From an uncultured cyanobacterium (GTDB lineage Bacteria > Cyanobacteriota > Cyanobacteriia > Leptolyngbyales > Leptolyngbyaceae), in the NCBI GenBank assembly GCA_963766075.1, contig CAVYAN010000047.1, positions 1 to 52,405 on the forward strand: a stretch of DNA of 52,405 nt. The letters are read 5' to 3'. The translations under genes and the position numbers were made by a program. The notes under the pieces were generated by a model. That model saw nothing but the letters and a program-made list of their open reading frames with translations. It was not told the origin of the DNA and ran no database searches. This document shows, piece after piece, positions 29,398-40,249 of this stretch. The stretch's first letter is position 1; each line of letters starts with the position of its first letter.

Positions 29398-30114
29398 ATG
29401 GCTTGGCAACGTCCCGATGGTCGGCAATGGAATCAACTGCGTCCCGTCAGCTTTGAGCGAAATTTTACCCGGTTTGCCACAAGCTCTGTATTGGCCAAGT
29501 GTGGCGATACCCATGTGCTGTGTAATGTCTCGATTCAGTCCAAGGTGCCGCGCTGGCTAGAAGGGAAAGGGAAAGGCTGGCTGACAGCAGAATACCGGAT
29601 GCTGCCCGCAGCTACCCCCCAGCGCCAGGAGCGGGAACTCCTAAAACTCTCCGGGCGCACCCAGGAAATTCAGCGACTGATTGGGCGCAGTTTGCGATCT
29701 GTGCTGGACATGGAAGCGTTGGGAGAACGGACCATTATTGTTGACGCGGATGTACTACAAGCCGATGCAGGCACCCGCACTGCCTCGATCACCGGGGGCT
29801 TTGTTGCCTTGCAGGATGCCCTAGAGCAGTTGGTGCGATCGGGAGAGCTATCACGATCGCCCCTAATCCATCAAGTCGCCGCTATTTCCGTCGGCCTCCT
29901 TGGGCATGAACCCCTACTTGACCTCAACTATCCAGAAGACATCGCCGCCGACATCGACTTCAATATTGTCATGAACGAAAATCTTGACCTCATCGAAGTG
30001 CAAGGCACCGCCGAAGCAGGCAGCTACAGCCGCAGCCAGTTAAATCAAATCTTAGACTTAGCCGAATTAGGCATCAAGGACTTATTAGTCATGCAGCGCC
30101 AAGTTTTTGAGTAA
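29398..30114 (+). CDS. rph: Ribonuclease PH
   Basis: [50 protein letters not shown]. Confidence 0.96.
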   Translation: MAWQRPDGRQWNQLRPVSFERNFTRFATSSVLAKCGDTHVLCNVSIQSKVPRWLEGKGKGWLTAEYRMLPAATPQRQERELLKLSGRTQEIQRLIGRSLRSVLDMEALGERTIIVDADVLQADAGTRTASITGGFVALQDALEQLVRSGELSRSPLIHQVAAISVGLLGHEPLLDLNYPEDIAADIDFNIVMNENLDLIEVQGTAEAGSYSRSQLNQILDLAELGIKDLLVMQRQVFE

Positions 30115-30195
30115 AGCTAAAGACTTTAGATCTTAGCGTTTGAATTTAATCCAAACGCTAAGATCCGGAATCACCCTGCCGATCACCGGAGCTGA

Positions 30196-31026
30196 TTACC
30201 GGAAAATGCGCGGCTTAGCCCGATTAGGGCTACGAGTGGCGGCATTGCTTAACCGTTCACCCGTGCCGCCATCTTTCCGATCCAGGAAGGGTCGGAGGTT
30301 AATGCCCGCATTGGACCGAGTGGCCGCGATCGTAGAGCGCCCGACCAACGTGCCCGGATTCAGATTCAATAGTGACCCCAGTTGTCCTAGGAGGCGGTCT
30401 TGGCCACTCCCAGCAAAGGTATTGACACCTTGGGTTTGCTGACCACTGTCGGCAATAGTGAGGTTTTCAAAGACGCGATCGCGGGTAGCCAGCGGATCCT
30501 GTCCCTGCGGCACCGTCAGCACAATCCGGCAACTGGGGACATTTTGAGTCGTCACACAAATTGTATTCAGCCCATTTTCCACCTGGGTGCGCATCTCCAC
30601 CAATCCATCGGGGCGATAGGCTTCTAATCGGCGCGCAATTTCCGTACAGCGGCGATCCGCACTCCAACCACCGCCCATGCGTCCCGGTATTGCCCAGGCA
30701 TACATTTGTCCCGGTTGACTCTCCGGGTTGTACATCACGGTATACTGTCCGCTAGAGGATTGACAGGTAAAGCGCGTTCCGGTCAGCACACCACTGCCTG
30801 CGGGAGTGCCTGTAGGGCTTCCCGTAGACCCTTCCGGAGTCGTCGGGACCACTACATCACCACCGGACACCTGCGCCACCAGCACATCGTTCGGCAACAG
30901 CGGGGCCGCCAACACACTGCCACTGACCGCCAGGATCGCCGCACTGACTGAAGTCCCCACCGCGGCCTTGAAGCTGCGCCCTGCCCCTAAGGACCGACCC
31001 ACCCACGTACTGCCTTGAAAAAACAT
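30196..31026 (-). CDS. COP23-domain secreted protein
   Basis: Signal-peptide-like N-terminus; RFTCQ, GGGWSADRRCTEIARRLE, NGLNTICV. Confidence 0.75.
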   Translation of the reverse strand: MFFQGSTWVGRSLGAGRSFKAAVGTSVSAAILAVSGSVLAAPLLPNDVLVAQVSGGDVVVPTTPEGSTGSPTGTPAGSGVLTGTRFTCQSSSGQYTVMYNPESQPGQMYAWAIPGRMGGGWSADRRCTEIARRLEAYRPDGLVEMRTQVENGLNTICVTTQNVPSCRIVLTVPQGQDPLATRDRVFENLTIADSGQQTQGVNTFAGSGQDRLLGQLGSLLNLNPGTLVGRSTIAATRSNAGINLRPFLDRKDGGTGERLSNAATRSPNRAKPRIFR

Positions 31027-31290
31027 AACGACCTCAAAAAATAATTCGGTAAGTGATCACGCATGAAGAGCCGCAAATCCCACCCATGGGCTTGACCGTT
31101 CAGGCTTGACATTGATGGATTTCATGACCCACAACGCGACTCAGAAGTTCCCCCACCCGCTGCACGCCATTCCATCCCTCAGGTTTTCTTTTCACTCTGG
31201 CTGCGATCGTTGAGCAAATTTCATGAAGCTTTATTACTTTTAATGAGTATCGTATACTACGCCTGGGTGATAAAAAGGAGCGAAACATAG

Positions 31291-32214
31291 ATGTCGGAGG
31301 CAAACAAGCCCCTGACCGTGCCGAGGGAATTGCTGGGTCCACCTGGTGCTTTCAATCCCACTTTGTTAATGTTTATGGCCTCGCTGCTTTTGGCGGCAGT
31401 GTCCACAACAGGTTACTTTGTTTGGCATTGGTACGATTGGTGCTCATTTGGATTAAATATGCTGGCGTTGCACATGGTGGGCACCGTCATTCATGACGCT
31501 TGTCACAATGTTGCCCATCGCAATCGGGTAGTCAACGCCATTCTGGGACATGGCAGTGCGTTAATGCTGTGCTTCTCGTTCCCAGTATTTACACGCGTGC
31601 ACATGCAGCACCATGCCCATGTTAATGATCCGAAAAATGATCCGGACCACGTCGTGTCTACCTGGGGACCATTACTGTTGATTAACGCTCGGTTTATGTA
31701 CCACGAGGTGTATTTTTTCCAGCGTCGCCTCTGGCGCAAATATGAACTATTGGAATGGATCCTGGCGCGGGTAATCCTGGGAATCATTATATTTCTAGGC
31801 TATCAATACAATTTCCTAGGCTACTTATGCAACTTTTGGTTTGTGCCCCTAGCTCTTGTAGGCTGGGCCTTAGGATTATTTTTTGACTATTTGCCCCACC
31901 GCCCCTTTGAGGAACGCAATCGTTGGAAAAATGCTCGTGTTTACCCAAGTGCCCTTCTAAACTGGCTGATTCTAGGGCAGAACTACCATTTAATCCATCA
32001 CTTATGGCCTTCTATTCCCTGGTATAACTACGAACGGGCCTACTACGCCACCAAGCCCCTGCTGGATGCCAGGGGATCTCACCAGTCTCTGGGGATCTTA
32101 CAAACCTGGAAGGACTTCGCTGGATTTATCTACGATATTTTTCTTGGCATTCGCCTGCACCATAGCCAGTTTCCCAAGCCAGACGCGAAAAAGCCGGAAT
32201 CGCCACCTGTTTAG
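31291..32214 (+). CDS. crtR: Beta-carotene hydroxylase
   Basis: His boxes HDACH, HMQHH and HLIHH; NDPKNDPDH; FFDYLPHRPF. Confidence 0.92.
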   Translation: MSEANKPLTVPRELLGPPGAFNPTLLMFMASLLLAAVSTTGYFVWHWYDWCSFGLNMLALHMVGTVIHDACHNVAHRNRVVNAILGHGSALMLCFSFPVFTRVHMQHHAHVNDPKNDPDHVVSTWGPLLLINARFMYHEVYFFQRRLWRKYELLEWILARVILGIIIFLGYQYNFLGYLCNFWFVPLALVGWALGLFFDYLPHRPFEERNRWKNARVYPSALLNWLILGQNYHLIHHLWPSIPWYNYERAYYATKPLLDARGSHQSLGILQTWKDFAGFIYDIFLGIRLHHSQFPKPDAKKPESPPV

Positions 32215-32230
32215 GACTGGCTTATAGATT

Positions 32231-32260
32231 AAAAGCCGCCCCTTAGGGAGCGGCTTTTTT
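32231..32260 (+). terminator. Rho-independent terminator of crtR
   Basis: AAAAGCCGC-cccttaggga-GCGGCTTTTTT. Confidence 0.8.
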
Positions 32261-32280
32261 ACGGCTGTAAATTCGATTTA

Positions 32281-32441
32281 GGAATAAGAATTGATTAACA
32301 TCCACAATTCTGTTCGGAGGGCGGTAAGCGCAGCCATGTCGCAGGCCTTAGCAGTCGATTGTTAACCTACAGGCGCTGCCGAGACTCACTGCCGACTGCT
32401 TTGCCCCTACAAAAATATGGAACTTATTTAATCTTCATTCC
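32281..32441. mobile_element. MITE-like non-autonomous element (161 bp)
   Basis: Imperfect inverted ends GGAATAAGAATTGATTAA / TTATTTAATCTTCATTCC, flanked by TTA on both sides; non-coding. Confidence 0.55.
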
Positions 32442-32476
32442 TTAGGCGACTTCCATGAAAATAACCTGCCTATTAA

Positions 32477-32533
32477 CCAGATAAGACTACGCCCAACCTT
32501 CAACCATAGCGGGTTGAGCGTAGTCTTATCTGG
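32477..32533. terminator. Long hairpin downstream of rpaA
   Basis: CCAGATAAGACTACGC...GCGTAGTCTTATCTGG. Confidence 0.6.
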
Positions 32534-32586
32534 ATTCCCGCAGGGAATCCAGCAGGTATATTATTTATCGGAAATCACCTTATTCG

Positions 32587-33330
32587 CTAACCAGCTAGGG
32601 ATTCGGCCATTTCTACCGGATTTTCAGTCGTGGGCAGTTCTAAGCAATATCCTGCACCGTAAACAGTTTTGATAAACCGGGGATGACGTGGATCTGGTTC
32701 CAGCTTAGTTCGCAGGTGACGGACATGCACCCGAATGGTTTCAATATCGTCATCGGGATCATAGCCCCAGACTTCCTTCAGGATTTCACTGGGAGACACC
32801 GTTTGCCCATGGCGTTGCAGCAAGCAGTGGAGTAACTCAAACTCAAGATGCGTCAACTTTACAGTTTTCTCAAACCAAATCGCCTCAAATCGCTCGGGAA
32901 CAAGAGTTAGAGGGCCATGGCTTAGAATTTCACTATGCTTAGCGGCTTGGGGGATGCGATCGGTTCGACGGAGTAAGGCCCGCACTCGGGCCAGCATTTC
33001 TTCAACTTCAAAGGGCTTTGTCAAATAATCGTCTGCTCCAGAGTTGAAGCCTTCCACCTTGTCCTGGGTTTGTCCCAGCGCCGTTACCATCAGAACGGGG
33101 ATATCCGAGGTGCGCTCGTCTCGCCGGAGGCGCTGACACACAGTAAAACCGTCCACTTTGGGCAGCATGAGATCCAACATGATCAAGTCAGGCTGAATCT
33201 GGAGCGCCATTGCCTGACCCTTGATTCCATCAGTTGCCTGACTGACGTCATAACCAGCCATTTCTAGGTTTACGGCAACCAATTCAGAGATTGAGGGATC
33301 ATCGTCAATAACAAGAATCCGAGGCATCAT
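32587..33330 (-). CDS. rpaA: OmpR-family response regulator RpaA (circadian output)
   Basis: PRILVIDDD...AVNLEMAGY...[17 protein letters not shown]...[10 protein letters not shown]. Confidence 0.93.
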   Translation of the reverse strand: MMPRILVIDDDPSISELVAVNLEMAGYDVSQATDGIKGQAMALQIQPDLIMLDLMLPKVDGFTVCQRLRRDERTSDIPVLMVTALGQTQDKVEGFNSGADDYLTKPFEVEEMLARVRALLRRTDRIPQAAKHSEILSHGPLTLVPERFEAIWFEKTVKLTHLEFELLHCLLQRHGQTVSPSEILKEVWGYDPDDDIETIRVHVRHLRTKLEPDPRHPRFIKTVYGAGYCLELPTTENPVEMAESLAG

Positions 33331-33647
33331 TAAAAATTTCGTAGAACTGCAAATTGATATAAAACGCTAATGGCCAGGAGACCGAATCTATGCAAATTGA
33401 CTTGTCCCGATTATAGACAAACAATCTAAATCTTTCTAAAGAAATGCGACTAATGTTTCTAAAGTATCATCTTATTCAATAAAATTATAGGAATTGCAAC
33501 ATTGGTTTAGACAGAATTTGGCTGATCGCCCCGTTCCCGATCGCCGCCGATCGCTCAATGATCACCCGAGTCGCCGGATCTGCTGAATCTCGCCCTGTTA
33601 GAATCACCTACGGTGTGGAACCCGCACTATTGAACTTTCAGGGATGG

Positions 33648-34880
33648 ATGCGCGTGATTATATCGGTGTTGATTGATGCGCTATTGCTCGGTGCGCTGAT
33701 GGGGCTAGAGACTTTTTTAGGTAATCTGCGCCGAATCGCTCACACTGCGCCGATTCTCGAAAAATTGCCGATCCCCGCTCTGCCCATGTCTGCACCGCCC
33801 GCTGCCTTGCCCCGAATGGCGATCGTGATCCCCGCCTATAACGAGGCTGTCAATATTCGGGACTGTCTGCAAGCCGTGATCGGAGGGTTGGTGGGTGTTC
33901 CTGGGGTGGAAATTCTAGTCGTGGATGATCAATCAACGGATGGGACCGAGGCGATCGCCCAAGCCTGGGTGCAGAGCCAAGGCTCCACCATTCCCCCGGT
34001 CCGCATCCTACCAGGACAGCCGCGCCCCCAGGGTAGCGTTTGGGTCGGCAAAAATTGGGCCTGTGCCCAAGCTGTCGAGCACACCTCAGCAGCAGTTCTG
34101 CTATTTCTGGATGCCGATGTCAGACTAAAGCCGGGGGCCATAGACGTGGCCCTAGCGGCATTGCAGCGGGATCAGGTTGACCTGTTAACTGTGGTGCCTG
34201 AAATTGAATGTGGGTGTCTGGCGGAATGGCTAGTACAGCCCTTGATTTTGAGTTTGCTAATCGCAGGGTTTGACTTTGTCGATGTCAACGATCCCCAGAG
34301 CGAAACGGCGTTTGCAGCGGGTCCGTTCATGCTGTTTCGGCGGACGGCCTATGACCAGATTGGGGGACATCGGGCCGTGGCCGATGAACCCGTAGAAGAT
34401 GTCGAACTCTCTCGCCGGATTAAACAGGCAGGGCTGCGGTTGCAGTACCGGGTGGGCAAAGCGGTGGCATCGGTGCGCATGTACCGCTCGTGGGGGGCGC
34501 TGTGGGAAGGCTGGACGAAAAACTGGCATTTGGGCAGTCGCCGCAATCTTCAGGTGACGCTGTACTCGGTGGCGATTATGGGCTTCACCTGTACGGTGCC
34601 CTGGCTGGGAGGGGTAGAACTTGTGGGTCACGCTATCGCGACCCATAGCCTGGAGCCGTTGGATGGGGTGGGATTGGCGATCGCCCTAACGGCCATGGTC
34701 CGCCACTATCGCCTCCGTCAAGTAATGGAGCAGATCGTGGGCATTCCCCCCCGGTATTGGTGGTTAACAGGGGTTGGGGGTATCGTGGTGAGTGCGATCG
34801 CCCTCGTCTCCCTGATCAAAACGGAAACGGGCTGGGGCTGGACCTGGCGCGGGCGATCGCTAACGCTCCCCAAACAGTAA
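33648..34880 (+). CDS. Glycosyltransferase family 2, membrane-associated
   Basis: IPAYNE, VDDQSTDGT, WVGKNWAC, FLDADV, VEDVEL, WTWRGR. Start uncertain. Confidence 0.85.
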   Translation: MRVIISVLIDALLLGALMGLETFLGNLRRIAHTAPILEKLPIPALPMSAPPAALPRMAIVIPAYNEAVNIRDCLQAVIGGLVGVPGVEILVVDDQSTDGTEAIAQAWVQSQGSTIPPVRILPGQPRPQGSVWVGKNWACAQAVEHTSAAVLLFLDADVRLKPGAIDVALAALQRDQVDLLTVVPEIECGCLAEWLVQPLILSLLIAGFDFVDVNDPQSETAFAAGPFMLFRRTAYDQIGGHRAVADEPVEDVELSRRIKQAGLRLQYRVGKAVASVRMYRSWGALWEGWTKNWHLGSRRNLQVTLYSVAIMGFTCTVPWLGGVELVGHAIATHSLEPLDGVGLAIALTAMVRHYRLRQVMEQIVGIPPRYWWLTGVGGIVVSAIALVSLIKTETGWGWTWRGRSLTLPKQ

Positions 34881-35035
34881 TAAACCCGTCGCTAGTGGGT
34901 CACGTCACCAACCCACGCACCCCCGTCATGCCGTCATTCCCCAGGATATCCAGACGACCGTCGCAGACGACTCGCTGGTCCAACACTCAACTGATCCGCT
35001 AACCCCGCCGCATCTTCGCCCCCTCATCAGGCTCT

Positions 35036-37177
35036 ATGAAATTTGATATCGTCGTCCATGTCCTGATTGCCATTCTCATCGTCATTGGGTTATCCCGCCT
35101 AGTGGGGTTGCTCTTTCGGCGCATGCGGCAACCCCTCGTGATCGGGGAAATTGTGGCGGGGATTATGCTGGGGCCGTCGTTGCTGGGCTTGGTGGCCCCG
35201 GCGGTGGGAGCCGCGCTATTTCCCCTAGAAGCGATCCCCTATTTGGGCGTGTTAGCGCAAATTGGCTTGATTTTTTTTATGTTTTTGATTGGCCTGGAGC
35301 TAGACCCCCGCTACCTGCGTCATCAAATGGATGTGGCGCTGCTGACATCCCATGTCAGTATTTTGGTGCCGTTTTCCTTGGGCACACTGCTGTCATTATT
35401 GCTCTATCCCCTGGTGTCAGACAGTAGTGTGTCGTTCACCGCCTTTGCCTTATTTCTAGGGGCGGCGATGTCGATCACCGCTTTCCCGGTGCTAGCCCGG
35501 ATTATTACAGAGAATAATCTGCAAGGGACCCGGCTAGGCACCCTAGCACTGACCTGCGCTGCGGTGGATGATGTGACGGCTTGGTGCTTGCTGGCCTTAG
35601 CGATCGCCGTTACCCGCACCAACAGTATGGTGGCGGCCCTACCCACAATTCTAGAGGCCGTGCTCTATATCACAGCCATGCTGACCCTGGGTCGGCAGTT
35701 TCTGCATAAGCTATCGGCTTACTACAATCGCTGCCAGCGACTCAATCAGTTCACCCTGGCCTGGATCTACATGGGGGTGGTGGCTTCGGCGTTGATTACC
35801 GAACTGATTGGGATTCACTTAATTTTTGGAGCCTTTCTGTTCGGTGCGGTGATGCCCAAGAATCCAGCCCTCACGCGGGAATTAGCCCAGAAAACGGAAG
35901 ACTTTGTGTTGACGTTTTTATTGCCCATTTTCTTTGCCTACAGCGGCTTGCGCACGCAAATCGGTCTGCTGAACCGACCGGAACTGTGGGGACTGTGCGG
36001 CCTGGTCCTGCTGGTGGCGATTTCAGGAAAATATTGGGGTTCCTATTACGCTGCCCGATTTTGTGGGATCGAAAAGCGCGAAGCGGCAGCGCTGGGCTGG
36101 CTCATGAATACGCGCGGGCTAACGGAACTGATTGTGCTCAACATTGGTCTGAGCTTGGGGGTGATTTCGCCATTGCTCTTTGCCATGTTGGTGATTATGG
36201 CACTGGTGACCACGTTCATGACCTCGCCCTTGCTGGAGTGGACGTTTCCTAAGGAGAAAATTCGCGAGGATATGTTGCCCATTGTGGCGGAAGCCACGGA
36301 TCGGATTTATCGTGTTTTAGTGCCGATCGCCAATCCCAATACGCAAAGAGACTTGATTGGACTGGCGGTGGCGATCGCGGCGGGGACCCAGCCGATTGCG
36401 GCCCATACACCCGTCGCAGCAGCCGTATATCCCCTCAGCCTGATTGAATTGAATGAAGAATATGCCTTTGAAAGTATGCCTGCCGAGGCGGACCGCCTGA
36501 TTGCCGATCGCCAAGCCGAAGTCAACGCCCTGATTGAAGGATTGGAATCACCGGACGTGCGATCGTTGATCTACCCGATTGTGCGGGTGGCCTCGGACGT
36601 TGCCCAGGAAACCGTACGGGTAGCTGATCTTGATCAGGCGGATTTGATCCTGCTGGGTTGGCATCGTCCGGCCTTCAGTAGCAATCGCCTCGGGGGCAGA
36701 GTCGGCCAAATCCTGAGTATGGCCGAAACAGATGTGGCGGTGTTTATCGATCGCCAATTGACGCAACTGAATCAGCTTTTAGTGCCCTACGCTCCGGATA
36801 TGCACAATGACTTGAGTTTAGAAATTGCCCTGCGGCTGTTGGTGAACTGTCCCCACTCTCGGCTGACGATTTTGCGGGTTCTGTCTGAGTCTGCCCACAA
36901 TGCCCTTAGCGATGAATTTCGCACCCTGTTAGATCCGTTGCCATCAGCGGTGCAGGCCCGGATCGATATTCCCACCGTATCCACCCCTGACCCGATTGCC
37001 GCCGTGGTCGAGGCCTCCAAAACCGTCGATTTAACCATTGCTGGAGCCAGCCGCGAATGGGGCCTAGAACGCCAAACCCTGGGCTACTACACTGATGAAT
37101 TGGCCGTGCAGTGCCACTCTTCCCTGCTGATTACCCGTCGCTACAGTCGGATTACATCCCACCTGCCCCCGTTCTAA
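35036..37177 (+). CDS. Cation:proton antiporter (CPA2) with C-terminal USP-like domain
   Basis: QPLVIGEIVAGIMLGPS, SITAFPVLARI, AAVDDV, LMNTRGLTELIVL; RVLVPIANP. Confidence 0.92.
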   Translation: MKFDIVVHVLIAILIVIGLSRLVGLLFRRMRQPLVIGEIVAGIMLGPSLLGLVAPAVGAALFPLEAIPYLGVLAQIGLIFFMFLIGLELDPRYLRHQMDVALLTSHVSILVPFSLGTLLSLLLYPLVSDSSVSFTAFALFLGAAMSITAFPVLARIITENNLQGTRLGTLALTCAAVDDVTAWCLLALAIAVTRTNSMVAALPTILEAVLYITAMLTLGRQFLHKLSAYYNRCQRLNQFTLAWIYMGVVASALITELIGIHLIFGAFLFGAVMPKNPALTRELAQKTEDFVLTFLLPIFFAYSGLRTQIGLLNRPELWGLCGLVLLVAISGKYWGSYYAARFCGIEKREAAALGWLMNTRGLTELIVLNIGLSLGVISPLLFAMLVIMALVTTFMTSPLLEWTFPKEKIREDMLPIVAEATDRIYRVLVPIANPNTQRDLIGLAVAIAAGTQPIAAHTPVAAAVYPLSLIELNEEYAFESMPAEADRLIADRQAEVNALIEGLESPDVRSLIYPIVRVASDVAQETVRVADLDQADLILLGWHRPAFSSNRLGGRVGQILSMAETDVAVFIDRQLTQLNQLLVPYAPDMHNDLSLEIALRLLVNCPHSRLTILRVLSESAHNALSDEFRTLLDPLPSAVQARIDIPTVSTPDPIAAVVEASKTVDLTIAGASREWGLERQTLGYYTDELAVQCHSSLLITRRYSRITSHLPPF

Positions 37178-37218
37178 GAGCGGCCTAGGGTTACGAACGA
37201 CCGAGATTGAAAAGCGGC

Positions 37219-37947
37219 CTAACCCGCACAACCCCAGTCCGCTTCGGAGCCGAGCAACTCTTGCAGCCAGTGGGCGATATTGAGACGCTGACGGTAGAAT
37301 TTTCGGCACTTCGGGCTGCTTTTCTGGGGTAGGCGGCGCAGCGCCCGACGATAGTCAGCGATTGCCCAATTCCAATAGCCCGCAATATGGTGCGCGCGTC
37401 CCCGTTGGGTGTAAATGTGACCCTCTAAGAAGGTCGCCTCATCCGTCGGCTGATTGGCCCGCACGATATGACTCAGTTGCAGCGCAATGTCAAAGTTTTC
37501 AATCGCCCGCTTGTAGTCGTCGAGATCGCGGAAGGTTATACCTTGGTTAATCCAGGCGTTGATATCAGCGGGGTTGAGGTCAAGAGCCATGTCGTAATCG
37601 GCAACGGCTTCGTCGAGGTTGCCAAGGGCCGCGTGGCAATTGGCGCGATTGTTATACACCTGGGAGAGTAAGGGCGTTAGAGCAATGGCGCGATCGTAGT
37701 CGTCCAAGGCATCAATGAATTCTCCGGTTTGAAAGTGAAGCAAGCCCCGATTGTTGTAATAGCTGGCATTGTGAGGATCGCGGGCAATCAGCTCATTGAA
37801 GAGGGCGATCGCTTCTAGATGGTGCCCCTGATTGGCTTTGAGAAAAGCTTGTTTCCGCAACAACAGGGCCTGATCCGACGGATCTAGGGGGATGCCTTCT
37901 GTGTGAACCACTTTGGGCAGGCGTTGGGGGTGATGTTCACCGGTCAT
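37219..37947 (-). CDS. TPR protein
   Basis: YYNNRG, VYNNRAN and AWINQG TPR units; GAGGAG RBS. Confidence 0.85.
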   Translation of the reverse strand: MTGEHHPQRLPKVVHTEGIPLDPSDQALLLRKQAFLKANQGHHLEAIALFNELIARDPHNASYYNNRGLLHFQTGEFIDALDDYDRAIALTPLLSQVYNNRANCHAALGNLDEAVADYDMALDLNPADINAWINQGITFRDLDDYKRAIENFDIALQLSHIVRANQPTDEATFLEGHIYTQRGRAHHIAGYWNWAIADYRRALRRLPQKSSPKCRKFYRQRLNIAHWLQELLGSEADWGCAG

Positions 37948-38053
37948 AAGGTTCTCCTCACTGCATGGACGACTTCAGAATGCTCCGCTCCAAATCGGCC
38001 TCTATCCATACCCTGAAGACGGGAGGCCGGACAAAATGTTCCCCAGGTCGAAT

Positions 38054-38067
38054 AGAATATATGTACT
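38054..38067. promoter_or_regulatory. Cyanobacterial LexA-box-like site upstream of the TPR gene
   Basis: Minus strand AGTACATATATTCT; one mismatch to RGTACNNNDGTWCB. Confidence 0.45.
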
Positions 38068-38352
38068 AACTTGGATTGTAGCAGAAGCACTCGTGCGCTT
38101 AGGGAGACCTACAGGCTAGAGGGGGCTGATTTCCGAAACCCGTTGGTCTAAATTCCCCAGGGCACCCTGAGTGTTGGTAGAATTCAGTGCAGTGAGTTAA
38201 GACTAAACTGCGTCCCAGCCTAGAGATCTAGGAGTTCCCGTCTTTCTAGACAACTCTTTTGAGTACACATCTAGTCAACGAGCAGGATTGCGTTTAATAC
38301 CACTTGAAACAGCTTGAGTTAGACAGCTTGAATTTTTCGTCTGGGACTCCCT

Positions 38353-38811
38353 ATGGCACTGGCAATTCTGAATGCACCTGATTTATTCGCCGATGACTAC
38401 ATCGTAATGGGTTTGGCGACCTGTTTTATTAAAGAAGACGGAGAAGTTCATGAAGTTAAGGTGGTAGAACCGATTCCCTCGGCGGCATTGGAAGCTATTG
38501 TCAAAGGGATTCCGACCTCCTACGAGATGGCGATCGCCACGACCCTCGGCAGCGTCGTCGTGGACGATATCCCCCATCTCCCACCGGAGTTTCCCACCCA
38601 TGCCCAATTTTGCGATGAATTTAGCCAACGGCTGATGGCCGCAGCCCGTACCTATAAAGTACGCCCACTGACGCAGGCGGTGATTCCCCTAGGAACGACC
38701 AAAGCCGACTTTAACTACTCCATCGAACGCAAGCGGGTGTTGAATTCCCAGCGGGTGGTGCGTGTGGAAGATAACGTAAAACAGCACGACCATACCCACA
38801 AGGTTTTGTAG
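38353..38811 (+). CDS. Hypothetical protein, apparently a conserved cyanobacterial family
   Basis: Clean ORF; DDYIVMGLATCF...EPIPSAALE...DNVKQH.HTHK. Confidence 0.75.
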   Translation: MALAILNAPDLFADDYIVMGLATCFIKEDGEVHEVKVVEPIPSAALEAIVKGIPTSYEMAIATTLGSVVVDDIPHLPPEFPTHAQFCDEFSQRLMAAARTYKVRPLTQAVIPLGTTKADFNYSIERKRVLNSQRVVRVEDNVKQHDHTHKVL

Positions 38812-38878
38812 ATGGGTTTGTAGACGGTTTTGTAGACGGAATTCGCATCCTAGGCGTTTATTTGATGGAGAGATAGTT

Positions 38879-39433
38879 ATGCTGAAGCTTTATGGTGGCG
38901 CTTTTAGCCGCGCGTCGATTGTGCAGTGGTACTTAGAAGAGTTGGGGGTGCCCTACGAGTTTGTCATGCTGGATATGCAGGCGGGGGAACACCGCCTGCC
39001 AGCGTTCTTGACGATTAATCCAGTCGGCAAAGTTCCGGCGATCGCGGATGGGGACTTTACCCTGTGGGAGTCAGGGGCCATTTTGCTGTACTTGGCGGAT
39101 AAGCATGCTGGCTTATCCCTGGAGCAACGGGCACTGGCCAATCAGTGGATATCGTATGCAAACGCCACGATGGGACCCGGAATCTTTGTCGAGGCGACAC
39201 GGGAGCAGGAGTTTCCCCGCCACATGGCGGTGTTGGATCAGGTTTTGGGTCAACATCCCTATGTCATGGGATCGGAGTTTGGGGTGGCCGATGTGGCGGT
39301 AGGCGCATTGCTGTCCTATATTCCCCTGATGCTGAAGTTGGACCTAAGTGCCTATCCCCAGGTGGTGGCGTATTTGGATCGCTTGAAAGCCCGTCCAGCG
39401 TTTCAGAAAGCAATTTTGAAAAAGCCGGGATGA
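38879..39433 (+). CDS. Glutathione S-transferase family protein
   Basis: SRASIVQWYLEE, INPVGKVPAI, LWESGAILLYLA. Confidence 0.92.
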   Translation: MLKLYGGAFSRASIVQWYLEELGVPYEFVMLDMQAGEHRLPAFLTINPVGKVPAIADGDFTLWESGAILLYLADKHAGLSLEQRALANQWISYANATMGPGIFVEATREQEFPRHMAVLDQVLGQHPYVMGSEFGVADVAVGALLSYIPLMLKLDLSAYPQVVAYLDRLKARPAFQKAILKKPG

Positions 39434-39481
39434 GGGTTGTACGGAATGAAGGTTGCCGCAGTCGGAATGAGGAATTGAGCG

Positions 39482-40249
39482 ATGGATCCGCTGCTGTGGC
39501 TGTGGGCGATCGCCCCTTTGACGGGCGATCGTTGGGTCCAACTGTCTCCGACACAGTCGTCCCTGCTTCGCTGGCCTCCGGCGCAGGCGCTCCTGTGTCA
39601 GGTGGCGGGATGCTTGCCTTCCCAGCGGCAGCTCACCGTGCCGGATATGGGCCAGTTTCAGGATACGGCGGTGGATTGTGGTCCCCATGCGGCGGCACGG
39701 GTGCTGGCGGGACTGGGGTTTGGCGATGGTAATGCGCTGTATGACCGACTAAAACAAGCGCGTCGAGAGGGGTTAGGCCAGGATCCCTTGGCGCTACAGC
39801 TCGGGACGACGCCAGATTTTTTGGCTCGGTTGGTGTCGGAAGTGACTGAGGGGCGGGCGATCGCCCATGTGGAGCGCCAAGTCGAGTTTTCCTTTTTGAA
39901 GCAGCGGCTTAATGCTGGGAGTCCGGTGCTGGCCCTGGTCCGCACGGGCACGGTGCAGACGACTTGGGGGCCGAGGATGGCTTTGCCGGAATTACACTGG
40001 ATTGTGGTGACAGGATTTGATGATCGGTTGCAGCGCCTACTGTTTCGGGATACGGACTCAAATGCGGTGGGGGCGATCGCCTATGCCAATTTTTTGAATC
40101 AGGCTGTCGATGCCAAGGACTATACCTGGACCTGGACGTTGGGCGATTGCACGATGGCAGCAGTGCTCCAGCCAACAGGTACCACTCCCCAGACATTTTT
40201 GTGGATTGAGGGAATACCCCCTAAGGAATCAGCCGATAAATCGCCGTAA
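39482..40249 (+). CDS. Papain-fold C39-like peptidase domain protein
   Basis: Q...DCGP, LHWIVVTGFD and FRDT give a putative Cys-His-Asp triad. Confidence 0.65.
   Translation: MDPLLWLWAIAPLTGDRWVQLSPTQSSLLRWPPAQALLCQVAGCLPSQRQLTVPDMGQFQDTAVDCGPHAAARVLAGLGFGDGNALYDRLKQARREGLGQDPLALQLGTTPDFLARLVSEVTEGRAIAHVERQVEFSFLKQRLNAGSPVLALVRTGTVQTTWGPRMALPELHWIVVTGFDDRLQRLLFRDTDSNAVGAIAYANFLNQAVDAKDYTWTWTLGDCTMAAVLQPTGTTPQTFLWIEGIPPKESADKSP

Noticed and set aside
32587..33330. Response regulator as the CcaR partner of the photoreceptor
   Set aside because: The sequence is clearly RpaA, a core gene about 11 kb away.
33648..34880. Naming the GT2 as cruG because crtR is nearby
   Set aside because: It cannot be distinguished from related GT2 paralogs without a search, and no cruF is adjacent.
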